From positions 1 through 37,795 of the forward strand of contig DATDVW010000084.1 in NCBI GenBank assembly GCA_035289865.1: a DNA stretch of 37,795 bases. The letters run 5' to 3'. The position numbers and the translations under genes were made by a program. Numbering within the stretch: position 1 is the first letter of the stretch; each line of letters opens with the position of its first letter. Below, in pieces: positions 8,701 to 14,914 of the stretch. Origin of the DNA: Candidatus Nanoarchaeia archaeon (lineage in GTDB: Archaea; Nanobdellota; Nanobdellia; Woesearchaeales; JACQNA01). The notes under the pieces were generated by a model. It did not search any database, had not been told where the DNA came from, and worked only from the letters and a program-made list of their open reading frames with translations.

Positions 8701-9993
8701 AACAAAGATGGAAACATGGAAATTATAGCAGGCTCTTATGATGGAAAGGTGTACGTCTGGGGCAGTGATGGGGCTCTTGCCAAAAATTGGCCGCAAGCAA
8801 CATCCGAGGAGAGAATATTTGCTTCTCCTGCGATTGGTGATATTGATAATGATAATGAGTTAGAAATAGTGCTGGTTACTGAAAAACTTTTGGCAAATGA
8901 AGGGGGAAGCGTTTATGTGTTTAACTATGATGGAAGCCTTGTGAAAGGGTGGCCAAAAAACATTAGAGAAGGCAGCTATTATGACGGCGGATTTAGAGCA
9001 TCGCCTATTCTTGCGGATATCGACAAGGATGGAAATCTAGAGATTATAACTGGGAAATTAGGATTTGATAGCAGCAACCAAGGGGTTTATGTCTTTAACG
9101 GGGATGGAAGCCTGGTTGACGGCTGGCCTCAAAAGACGGTTAATTCGGTCGCCGCAGTCGCTGTTGGCGATCTAAATAATGATGGATATCCTGAAATTAT
9201 AGGAGGGACGTGGTTTGCTAACAGTTATGGGTGGATATATGCCTGGAACAAAGAGGGGAAACTATTGGATCGCTGGCCTCAAAAGACAGACGTTGGTGAA
9301 CCAAATGAACCAAATTCGTGCCCTGAAAGCATCCGTTATTCTTCCATTGTAATAGGAGATGTCAATAACGATAACCAGCCAGATATAATAGCGAGCACAT
9401 ACTGTAGCAAGGTTTATGCTTGGGATTCCAATGGAGAAAGGATAGAAGGTTGGCCTAGGAGTACGTTATTTGGGGAAGATGTCTATCCCGCCGAATTCCC
9501 CATAATTGATGACTTGGATAAAGACGGTGATGTAGAAATAGGAGTTACTTCAGAATCAAAAGTGCTTATCTGGGACTTAGACACCCCTTACAACCCATCA
9601 ACAATGGAATGGCCGATGTTCCAGCATGACGCACAGCATACTGGCAACTATCATTATATCCCGCAAAAAATAACTCCAAGGCCTCAGTCCAAGATAGTGA
9701 ACAATGAAAATGAGGATTTACCGGGATATCTATACATCAGGATAGAAAAGCAAGTGGATGATCAGTGGACAATATATCGGCAGGTCTGGCAGGATAGGGC
9801 AGCAACTGCTCACCCAAGAATAATCCCTGCCCAGGGGATATTCAAGCTTGATTCATTCTTTAACGAAAAAAATGTTGCTATTGATGAGTCTGGAGATTAT
9901 AGGATTGTCGCTGAATTCAGGGGTAAATACGCTCGAATAATCCGTACAACATACGGCGAATTGAAAGCAAGCTGGGAGTTTGAGGTTGAATGA
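5701..9993 (+). CDS. secreted S8 subtilase with N-terminal dockerin, I9 propeptide, PA-domain insert, FG-GAP/VCBS-type beta-propeller and a C-terminal beta domain
   Basis: It has a signal peptide (WLASIAYAQE). The catalytic triad is AIIDTGVDYTHEDL, HGTHVAGIAAA and GTSMATPYVAGLAGL. A PA-like insert (IALVQKGG...AYRKGAAGAVIFNNEEG) is present. About 9 repeats of GWPQ...DIDNDGxxEIVxGSxDxxVYVxxxDGS end with WPMFQHDAQHTGN. Its start overlaps the end of the ATPase gene by 17 nt; ATG 5737 is an alternative start. Confidence 0.85.
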   Translation: MLEAHNAVWIGIMMWLASIAYAQELEPSSLTMNNIQVPYQFTCAPDQSLGDVSGSDGITALDASIVLGIINGKYRIDRIRCADVDCDREITEQDSQLILQYSGGLITEFSCGERIYDASISIATLKDSYGVGEKIELTDPPEETSFNNKIAGNAIYEGIGPQRNVLYDADLFVEEKLKKEIEEGIIPETIDTSQLPKYVKGELIVKLEKDVSGKISGKVVATGISAIDELNRKYHVEKIENVFTAKKEGFIEGITRSVKQSIGIKVPSRELQKIYKLKIPEEIDVEQAAEEYSQSAQVEYAEPNYIYYTSFVPNDFRYNQQWAHQNTHAEEGWDIERGSSDVVIAIIDTGVDYTHEDLAANIWRNIDEIPDNGIDDDENGFIDDIRGYDFVETDAVSYCAEHPDDCETLEGEDYNVRDNDPMDFNSHGTHVAGIAAAVTNNNLGVAGVCHLCKIMPVRAGFSIFSSSYGVVGSLEYDDIAQAIHYAVDNRVKIISMSFGGPYSDTIKEAIDYAYNKGVVLIAASGNSNTNAISYPAGHENVIAVDATDINDNKADFSNYGYWTDVSAPGVDILSTVPPYTGYNSELKSNNVIIESDVFEYSGTTPDVGIAGEFVFVNFGSVDDVNVDLTEKIALVQKGGTNDTGEPLTFKEKVENAYRKGAAGAVIFNNEEGNFGGTLQEQANIPAVSISKADGENLVNQITSGIVSVNLKVSLGIIKYDSYSGTSMATPYVAGLAGLILSKQDYSQEEVRQILRHGVDSVNSYDYIGTGRVNVLKTLEFESVEFVAKIASPINGELVSYNIIDIMGTANGDRYSLYYGNGLYPTEWNEIASGTNVNNNLLGEWNAENINDGRYTIKLEVSKKGRAIEEFVSVIVSKGFQEGWPQTVSSNGLSDRPTQSPLVFFDIDNDNDKEVLVGANNGGIFAWHSNGQLVEGWPQFTKGIVRASPSVADINNDGKTEIVVGSYDHNMYVFHPDGSLLDGWPQSTEGAIRASASLEDLNKDGNMEIIAGSYDGKVYVWGSDGALAKNWPQATSEERIFASPAIGDIDNDNELEIVLVTEKLLANEGGSVYVFNYDGSLVKGWPKNIREGSYYDGGFRASPILADIDKDGNLEIITGKLGFDSSNQGVYVFNGDGSLVDGWPQKTVNSVAAVAVGDLNNDGYPEIIGGTWFANSYGWIYAWNKEGKLLDRWPQKTDVGEPNEPNSCPESIRYSSIVIGDVNNDNQPDIIASTYCSKVYAWDSNGERIEGWPRSTLFGEDVYPAEFPIIDDLDKDGDVEIGVTSESKVLIWDLDTPYNPSTMEWPMFQHDAQHTGNYHYIPQKITPRPQSKIVNNENEDLPGYLYIRIEKQVDDQWTIYRQVWQDRAATAHPRIIPAQGIFKLDSFFNEKNVAIDESGDYRIVAEFRGKYARIIRTTYGELKASWEFEVE
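5848..6015 (+). other. dockerin-like module in the S8 protease
   Basis: GDVSGSDGITALDASIVLGII and ADVDCDREITEQDSQLILQY are laid out like, and resemble, the module at 845-1012. The shared signal/linker is AYAQELEP...MNN. Confidence 0.6.
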
Positions 9994-9998
9994 AAAGA

Positions 9999-10006
9999 TT
10001 TATAAA
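9999..10006 (+). promoter_or_regulatory. TATA box TTTATAAA for the MNT/HEPN pair
   Basis: It ends 24 nt upstream of ATG 10030, the same spacing seen at other genes in the window. Confidence 0.5.
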
Positions 10007-10029
10007 CAACTGTCCATTTAAATAGACAA

Positions 10030-10575
10030 ATGTCAAAAAAAATAGACAATACAAGGATGCGGGCGTACTTTATTGAAGATCCAAACGGGTGGTTTCATAT
10101 ACGGGAAATTGCAAAGCTCGCAGGATTATCGCCAACTACTGCTACAAGCTATTTGGAGGATTTTAGAAAAAGAGGCATTTTATTAAGAAAGAAGGAAAGG
10201 AACAATGTCTTATACAAAGCAAATTCTGAGAGCTATAATTATAAAGATTTAAAGCTATATTACAATATAAAAAAATTTAGAGATTCTGGCTTAATTAATT
10301 TTTTAAATGAAGAATTTAATTATCCGAAAGCAATTATATTATTCGGCTCTTTCAGAAAAGCAGAGAATACTAAAGAGAGTGATGTTGATTTATTCATATT
10401 ATCCCCGATAAAGAAAGAAGCTAGTTTAGAGAACTTTGAAAAAAAGCTTAAGCATAAAATTCAGCTGTTTGTCTATTCAAGGGAAGAATTTGACAATCTG
10501 AAAAAAAAGAATAAAGAACTATTGAATAATATCCTTAATGGCATCAGCTTAGACGGATTTTTAGAGGTTTTTTAA
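10030..10575 (+). CDS. wHTH-fused minimal nucleotidyltransferase (MNT-type, toxin-antitoxin-like)
   Basis: The N-terminus is wHTH-like (IREIAKLAGLSPTTATSYLEDFRKRGIL). The NTase motif is LFGSFRKAENTKESDVDLFIL (GS...DxD). A HEPN gene follows 3 nt downstream. Confidence 0.7.
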   Translation: MSKKIDNTRMRAYFIEDPNGWFHIREIAKLAGLSPTTATSYLEDFRKRGILLRKKERNNVLYKANSESYNYKDLKLYYNIKKFRDSGLINFLNEEFNYPKAIILFGSFRKAENTKESDVDLFILSPIKKEASLENFEKKLKHKIQLFVYSREEFDNLKKKNKELLNNILNGISLDGFLEVF

Positions 10576-10577
10576 AC

Positions 10578-11000
10578 ATGGAATTTGAAGATTTTTTCAA
10601 AGAGGGAAAAGTCAGGAAGGCGTCTGTTGACAAAGAATTGGCAAGATCATTAATTAAAACAGCAGAGAGCGATCTGGTTTTTCTCAAAAATGCTGAAATC
10701 AATGGGAACTCTGCAAGAAAGGTTTTCACAGGATTCTATGATGTACTAAGAAGCGTTATTGAAGCTTTAGCAATTCTTGATGGTTATAAAGTATATTCAC
10801 ATGAAGCTTTCACATATTATCTAAAAGAAAAAAATGAAAATAATGCCTCTATTCAATTTGACAGGCTCAGAAAGATTAGAAATAGGATCAATTACTATGG
10901 CAAGGATATATCTGTAGAAGAAGTTAAAGAAAGTATTCCAGAAATTATTGAGTTAATTGATATGCTAAAGGGAAGGAAGGAAGAATGGGACTCAAAATAA
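10578..11000 (+). CDS. HEPN-domain protein (partner of the MNT)
   Basis: It is an all-helical 140-aa protein placed as the usual MNT-HEPN partner. Motifs are YSHEAFTYYL and RKIRNRINYYG. The usual Rx4-6H histidine position appears to be Tyr. Confidence 0.55.
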   Translation: MEFEDFFKEGKVRKASVDKELARSLIKTAESDLVFLKNAEINGNSARKVFTGFYDVLRSVIEALAILDGYKVYSHEAFTYYLKEKNENNASIQFDRLRKIRNRINYYGKDISVEEVKESIPEIIELIDMLKGRKEEWDSK

Positions 11001-11311
11001 AAAAATTTATTCCAATCTTGGCGTTATTCTTATTTTTGATTAGCTGTAAAAATCAAACAGAAGAAAGTCAAGACAAACCAACACAAGCAATAGATATAGA
11101 ATGTACTTTAGACTCAGACTGCTCAGCGGGCGGCTGCTCAGGACAGATATGCGGCGTTCAAGAGAAAGTTGAGGGCGTAGTTACCACCTGTGAATATCTG
11201 CCTGCATTCGATTGTCTGAAACTAACATCCTGCGCATGTATCAAAAATAAATGTCAATGGGAAGAGAGTAATGCATATCGTGATTGCCTGACGACATTGA
11301 AGGAGGTATGA
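10985..11311 (+). CDS. small Cys-rich putative lipoprotein
   Basis: It has a signal peptide with a lipobox-like LFLISC, then 10 Cys residues in about 75 aa (CTLDSDCSAGGCSGQICG...CEYLPAFDCLKLTSCACIKNKC). It overlaps the HEPN stop by 16 nt. Confidence 0.55.
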   Translation: MGLKIKKFIPILALFLFLISCKNQTEESQDKPTQAIDIECTLDSDCSAGGCSGQICGVQEKVEGVVTTCEYLPAFDCLKLTSCACIKNKCQWEESNAYRDCLTTLKEV

Positions 11312-11327
11312 GGCTTAAACACCATTA

Positions 11328-11411
11328 TTGGTTGGATTGCTTTTGATGAGCATTGCGTATGCGCAAGAGCCAGGGATACTCTCGGCTAATCAGCAAAAGC
11401 GCAAGGCTTAA
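11328..11411 (+). pseudogene. relic of a signal-peptide/linker exon of the dockerin-protease family
   Basis: The short frame reads LVGLLLMSIAYAQEPGILSANQQKRKA*. A run of 23 nt (gagcattgcgtatgcgcaagagc) is identical to 5751-5773 in the S8 gene. AYAQE-PGIL also mirrors AYAQELEPGIL of the M64-like gene. No mature domain follows. Confidence 0.5.
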
Positions 11412-11483
11412 ATACTAAAATAGTATTCTACAGTACTAACATAATATGTTGAAGTACTTATTTAGTAGTATTAAAAAGGTACA

Positions 11484-12290
11484 ATGAAATACCAAAAAAG
11501 TATGTTAAAGATCTATGAATTTCTGGTGAATAACCTAGACCGGGCAGTGATCATCGAAGAGCTGATCAAGAAGAACAGTATCGGAAGGAATGCGGCATAC
11601 CAGGCGATAGGATGGATGGAGAAAAATGGGTTGATTGATATAACTGTCAGGGGCAAGCAGAAAGAGGTCAGGTTAAGGAGAGATATTCATTCGCTGCAGT
11701 TTAAGCTGTTTCTTGATGCGATCAGGTTTAAAACGCTCAACAAGGATGTGAAGTTTATTGCCGGCTTGTTTGCCAGCGAAGTGAAAGAAGATGTTAGCGT
11801 GATATTGTTTGGCTCTGCTTTAACGGATAAGTTTAATGACATCGACCTGCTGATAGCATATAAAGACGAGGCGGACAAGGAAAGCATAATCAAGATAAAA
11901 AACAGGGTAGAGCTGGTCTCCGATTACGTGATAAATGCCCATTTTGACCAGGCTCCCGAGGTGGGCAGATTATTAAGCGGCATTTGCCTGTATGGGTATG
12001 ACCGCTATTTGATGCTGCTGTCGGATAAAGAGAGGATAAGCAGCCAGTTTAAGGAAGCGCTGCAATGGTATTATGCTGCGGCAAACAATGCGCAAGATAA
12101 AGCAGAGCTCAGCAGGGACATAGAGCGCGCTATGGTAAACCTTGCTTTCGCTCATTGCATGCTCAATAAGGAAGAAGTGAAAACAAAAGAAGAGGCAAAG
12201 AGGCTGTTTGTAGAGAGGTACAAAGTAAATAAGAATATCAAAGGGGTAAGGGAGGCGCTGATTGCAATTGGCAAAGAGATATTTAGATGA
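11484..12290 (+). CDS. wHTH-fused nucleotidyltransferase-domain protein (second MNT-like gene)
   Basis: It has an N-terminal wHTH (IGRNAAYQAIGWMEKNGLI) and the NTase motif ILFGSALTDKFNDIDLLI, followed by a helical C-terminal half. Confidence 0.6.
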   Translation: MKYQKSMLKIYEFLVNNLDRAVIIEELIKKNSIGRNAAYQAIGWMEKNGLIDITVRGKQKEVRLRRDIHSLQFKLFLDAIRFKTLNKDVKFIAGLFASEVKEDVSVILFGSALTDKFNDIDLLIAYKDEADKESIIKIKNRVELVSDYVINAHFDQAPEVGRLLSGICLYGYDRYLMLLSDKERISSQFKEALQWYYAAANNAQDKAELSRDIERAMVNLAFAHCMLNKEEVKTKEEAKRLFVERYKVNKNIKGVREALIAIGKEIFR

Positions 12291-12420
12291 ATGGAAAAGG
12301 GCAGTTGATTTTGCGGGTGCGGTAAAGAACAACCTGGGGCTCAATGACCTGAAGACAGCTGCCAATAGGGAATATTTTGCGGTAGAACAAGCCGAAATAG
12401 CGCAAAAGAGGATTGCATGA
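12262..12420 (+). pseudogene. possible truncated HEPN-like N-terminal fragment (about 50 codons)
   Basis: The frame reads ...AKRYLDEWKRAVDFAGAVKNNLGLNDLKTAANREYFAVEQAEIAQKRIA*. This resembles the first two helices of HEPN proteins that follow MNT genes. Its TGA overlaps ATG 12417 (ATGA). It has only TTG candidate starts. Confidence 0.25.
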
Positions 12421-14594
12421 AAAAAGAGGAAATGGCGCAGAGGTACCTGCAGCGGATCGTGCAGGAGCTGGCTCTCCCCAGGCAGAGCGCGTTCCAGGAC
12501 ATCACGAGCAGGGACTACCGCCAGTTCAAGAAAGAGATCCTGCCCAAGCCCCTGGGATGGTACGAGCGGGCATGCGGCATATGCGAAAGCATCATCAGGC
12601 TCAGGCCGGACCAGGCGGCAGGAGATCGGCTCCAGCGGAGCGTGGATATCGCGCATCTGGAGGTGACGCCGGCGGGTGTGGTGAGCTTCGCAGTTATCAT
12701 GCCCCTGCTCCTGTTCATCATCGGCTCGTTGGCAGGCTATCTCCTCTTCCAGTCCACGTTCTTCATCGCCTTCTTCCTGGTGACGGCCGCTGCCATCATC
12801 TACCCGCTCATGAGGCTGCCGGAATTCCTTGCGGAGAGCTGGCGCCTGAAGGCGAGCAACCAGATGGTGCTCTGCATCTTCTATGTCGTCACCTATATGC
12901 GGCATACCTCGAACCTGGAGAATGCCATCCGGTTCGCGTCAGAGCATCTCGCCCCTCCCCTCTCGCTGGACCTCAAGAAGGTGCTCTGGGATTTTGAGAA
13001 TGAAAGATATGATTCGGTGAAGGAGTCGCTGGACCACTACCTGGAGGGCTGGAGGGACCGGAATATGGAGTTTGTGGAGGCGTTCCATCTGGTCGAATCA
13101 TCGCTGTATGAGAGCGCGGAAGGGGCGCGCCTGGGGGCATTGGACAAGTCCCTGGATGTGATCCTGGAAGAGACCTATGAGAAGATGCTCCACTACGCGC
13201 AAAACCTCAAGGGTCCTATGACCCTGCTCCACATGATCGGCATCATCCTCCCCATCCTCGGCCTGGTGATCCTGCCGCTGATGGTCAGCTTCATGGAAGA
13301 GGTGCAGTGGTACCATATCGCCATGCTCTATAATGTCGCCCTGCCGGTCGGCGTCTACTACCTGGGAAAATCCATCCTGGCGAAGCGCCCGACCGGGTAC
13401 GGGGACACGGACATCTCCGAGATGAATCCCGAGGTCAGGAAGTACCGGAACATTATCGTCAAGCTCGGGAAGGCTGAGCTGCAGATCAGCCCCCGCTGGC
13501 TCGCCTGGGGCATCGGCCTGCTCCTCCTGGTCATCGGCCTGCTGCCGGTCATCATCCATATTGTCAATCCGGATTTTGCGGATTTCGGCCTCGGCCAGCC
13601 GGATGAGGGAAGCAGCTGCGGCAGGCAGTTCTGCTTCCTGGATTACCACCAGAGCACCGCCCGGGAGGGCCCCAGGGTGGGGACGGTGGTCGGCCCGTAC
13701 GGCATCGGCGCGACCATAGTCAGCCTGCTCATCCCGCTGAGCATCGGGATCGGGATCGGCATCTATTATCATCTCCGCTCGCGGAATGTGATCAGGATCA
13801 GGCGCGACGTGGAGCAGCTGGAGACCGAATTTGCATCAGGCCTGTTCCAGCTGGGGAACCGACTGGGCGACAACCTCCCTGCGGAGATCGCGTTCGGCAA
13901 GGTGGCGATGGCCATGCAGGGCAGCGTCTCCGGCAGGTTCTTCGCCCTGGTCAGCGGCAACATCTCGCGCCTGGGGATGAGCGTGAAGGACGCCATCTTC
14001 CATCCCAAGAACGGCGCGATAGTCGCCTTCCCCTCAAACATCATCGATTCCTCGATGAAGGTGCTCCTCCAGTCAGTCAAGAAGGGGCCGCGGACAGCGG
14101 CGCAGGCCCTCACCAATATCGCGAGGTATGTAAAGGAGATCCACCGCGTCAATGAGCGCCTGAAGGACCTGATGGAAGATGTCATCTCCTCCATGCGCTC
14201 GCAGATATCATTCCTGGCGCCGATCATCGCCGGGATCGTGGTGGGCATCACCTCCATGGTGGGGGCCATCATCGGCAAGCTCAGCGCGCAGATGGTCGCG
14301 CTCGCCGCGAATTCCGGGCAGTCTCCACTGGGCTTCGCCACCTTGTTCGGCGAGGGCATCCCCGCATACTATTTCCAGGTGATCGTCGGGCTGTACGTGG
14401 TGCAGATCATCTACATCCTTACCGTCCTGGTGAACGGGATCGAGAACGGCTCAGATGCGCTCAACGAGCAGTATTCCCTGGGGGTGAACATGATACGGAG
14501 CACGGTCCTGTATGTCCTGGTGGCGGGCACCATCATCGTCCTGTTCAATGTCGTCGCCAGCCAGATCCTGCAGTTCACCGCAGTGGGCCTCTAG
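12417..14594 (+). CDS. polytopic membrane protein, FlaJ/PilC/TadC-like (T2SSF-type) platform candidate
   Basis: It is 725 aa with about 9-10 TM helices. Two soluble helical domains sit between the TM blocks (ASNQMVLCIFYVVTYMRHTSNLENAIRFASEHL... and FASGLFQLGNRLGDNLPAEIAFGKVAMAM...GMSVKDAIFHP...LLQSVKKGPRTAAQAL), which is the duplicated GspF/FlaJ layout. Confidence 0.55.
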   Translation: MKKEEMAQRYLQRIVQELALPRQSAFQDITSRDYRQFKKEILPKPLGWYERACGICESIIRLRPDQAAGDRLQRSVDIAHLEVTPAGVVSFAVIMPLLLFIIGSLAGYLLFQSTFFIAFFLVTAAAIIYPLMRLPEFLAESWRLKASNQMVLCIFYVVTYMRHTSNLENAIRFASEHLAPPLSLDLKKVLWDFENERYDSVKESLDHYLEGWRDRNMEFVEAFHLVESSLYESAEGARLGALDKSLDVILEETYEKMLHYAQNLKGPMTLLHMIGIILPILGLVILPLMVSFMEEVQWYHIAMLYNVALPVGVYYLGKSILAKRPTGYGDTDISEMNPEVRKYRNIIVKLGKAELQISPRWLAWGIGLLLLVIGLLPVIIHIVNPDFADFGLGQPDEGSSCGRQFCFLDYHQSTAREGPRVGTVVGPYGIGATIVSLLIPLSIGIGIGIYYHLRSRNVIRIRRDVEQLETEFASGLFQLGNRLGDNLPAEIAFGKVAMAMQGSVSGRFFALVSGNISRLGMSVKDAIFHPKNGAIVAFPSNIIDSSMKVLLQSVKKGPRTAAQALTNIARYVKEIHRVNERLKDLMEDVISSMRSQISFLAPIIAGIVVGITSMVGAIIGKLSAQMVALAANSGQSPLGFATLFGEGIPAYYFQVIVGLYVVQIIYILTVLVNGIENGSDALNEQYSLGVNMIRSTVLYVLVAGTIIVLFNVVASQILQFTAVGL

Positions 14595-14604
14595 AAAGGT
14601 AATA

Positions 14605-14693
14605 TGGGGACGCCGTGACTTTCCGCTTTCGCTTTTGAACACGGGACACCTACGTCTTCAGCGTAGTGCTCTCCCAGGCTGAGCTACGTCCCC
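14605..14693 (-). tRNA. tRNA-Phe (anticodon GAA) with a 15-nt insert/intron in the T-loop
   Basis: The minus-strand read is GGGGACG TA GCTC AGCCTGGGA GAGC A CTACG CTGAAGA CGTAG GTGTC CCGTG TTCAAA[AGCGAAAGCGGAAAG]T CACGG CGTCCCC A. All four stems pair perfectly, with U33 and G37. The T-loop is 22 nt instead of 7. No CCA is encoded. Confidence 0.85.
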
Positions 14694-14751
14694 ATATAAC
14701 CCAGCCAAAAGGAAGAAAGGTAAATGCCCATTTAAAATGGTTTCTGTTTGG

Positions 14752-14893
14752 AGGGTTGGTGCGAAAATCAGTGCGTATGCGTGTTTGCCCATCAGTAGAT
14801 CTCCGCAGGATGGTGCTCTCCGACCTGAGCGAAGCGAAGTGGAGAGGTGTGCTCAGGCTACGCATACGCACGAATAAGAGTTTCGCACCAACC
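14752..14893. mobile_element. MITE-like element, copy 2
   Basis: It has the same length and orientation as 341-482. It is flanked by the direct repeat TCTGTTTGG (14743-14751 and 14894-14902). It sits about 60 nt upstream of the tRNA-Phe 5' end. Confidence 0.75.
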
Positions 14894-14914
14894 TCTGTTT
14901 GGGGCAGCCGACCG

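Noticed and set aside
11411-11483. Dyad symmetries upstream of the second MNT-like gene (AATACTA-AAA-TAGTATT at 11411-11427, and a related TACTTATTTAGTAGTA) could be operators or a small RNA hairpin.
   Set aside because: The stems are short and AT-only in a very AT-rich spacer, the second copy is imperfect, and chance occurrence is plausible. I did not call them as a feature.
14752-14893. The minus strand of the repeat contains GCTCAGGTCGGAGAGCAC, a very tRNA-D-arm-like segment. This raised the idea of a tRNA, a split tRNA or a tRNA-derived SINE.
   Set aside because: No acceptor-stem partner, no T-arm (GTTCRAAT-like) and no 7-nt anticodon loop can be drawn. The CCATC/GATGG pairing seen in copy 2 is broken in copy 1. 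The element is better explained as a MITE; tRNA ancestry remains unproven.
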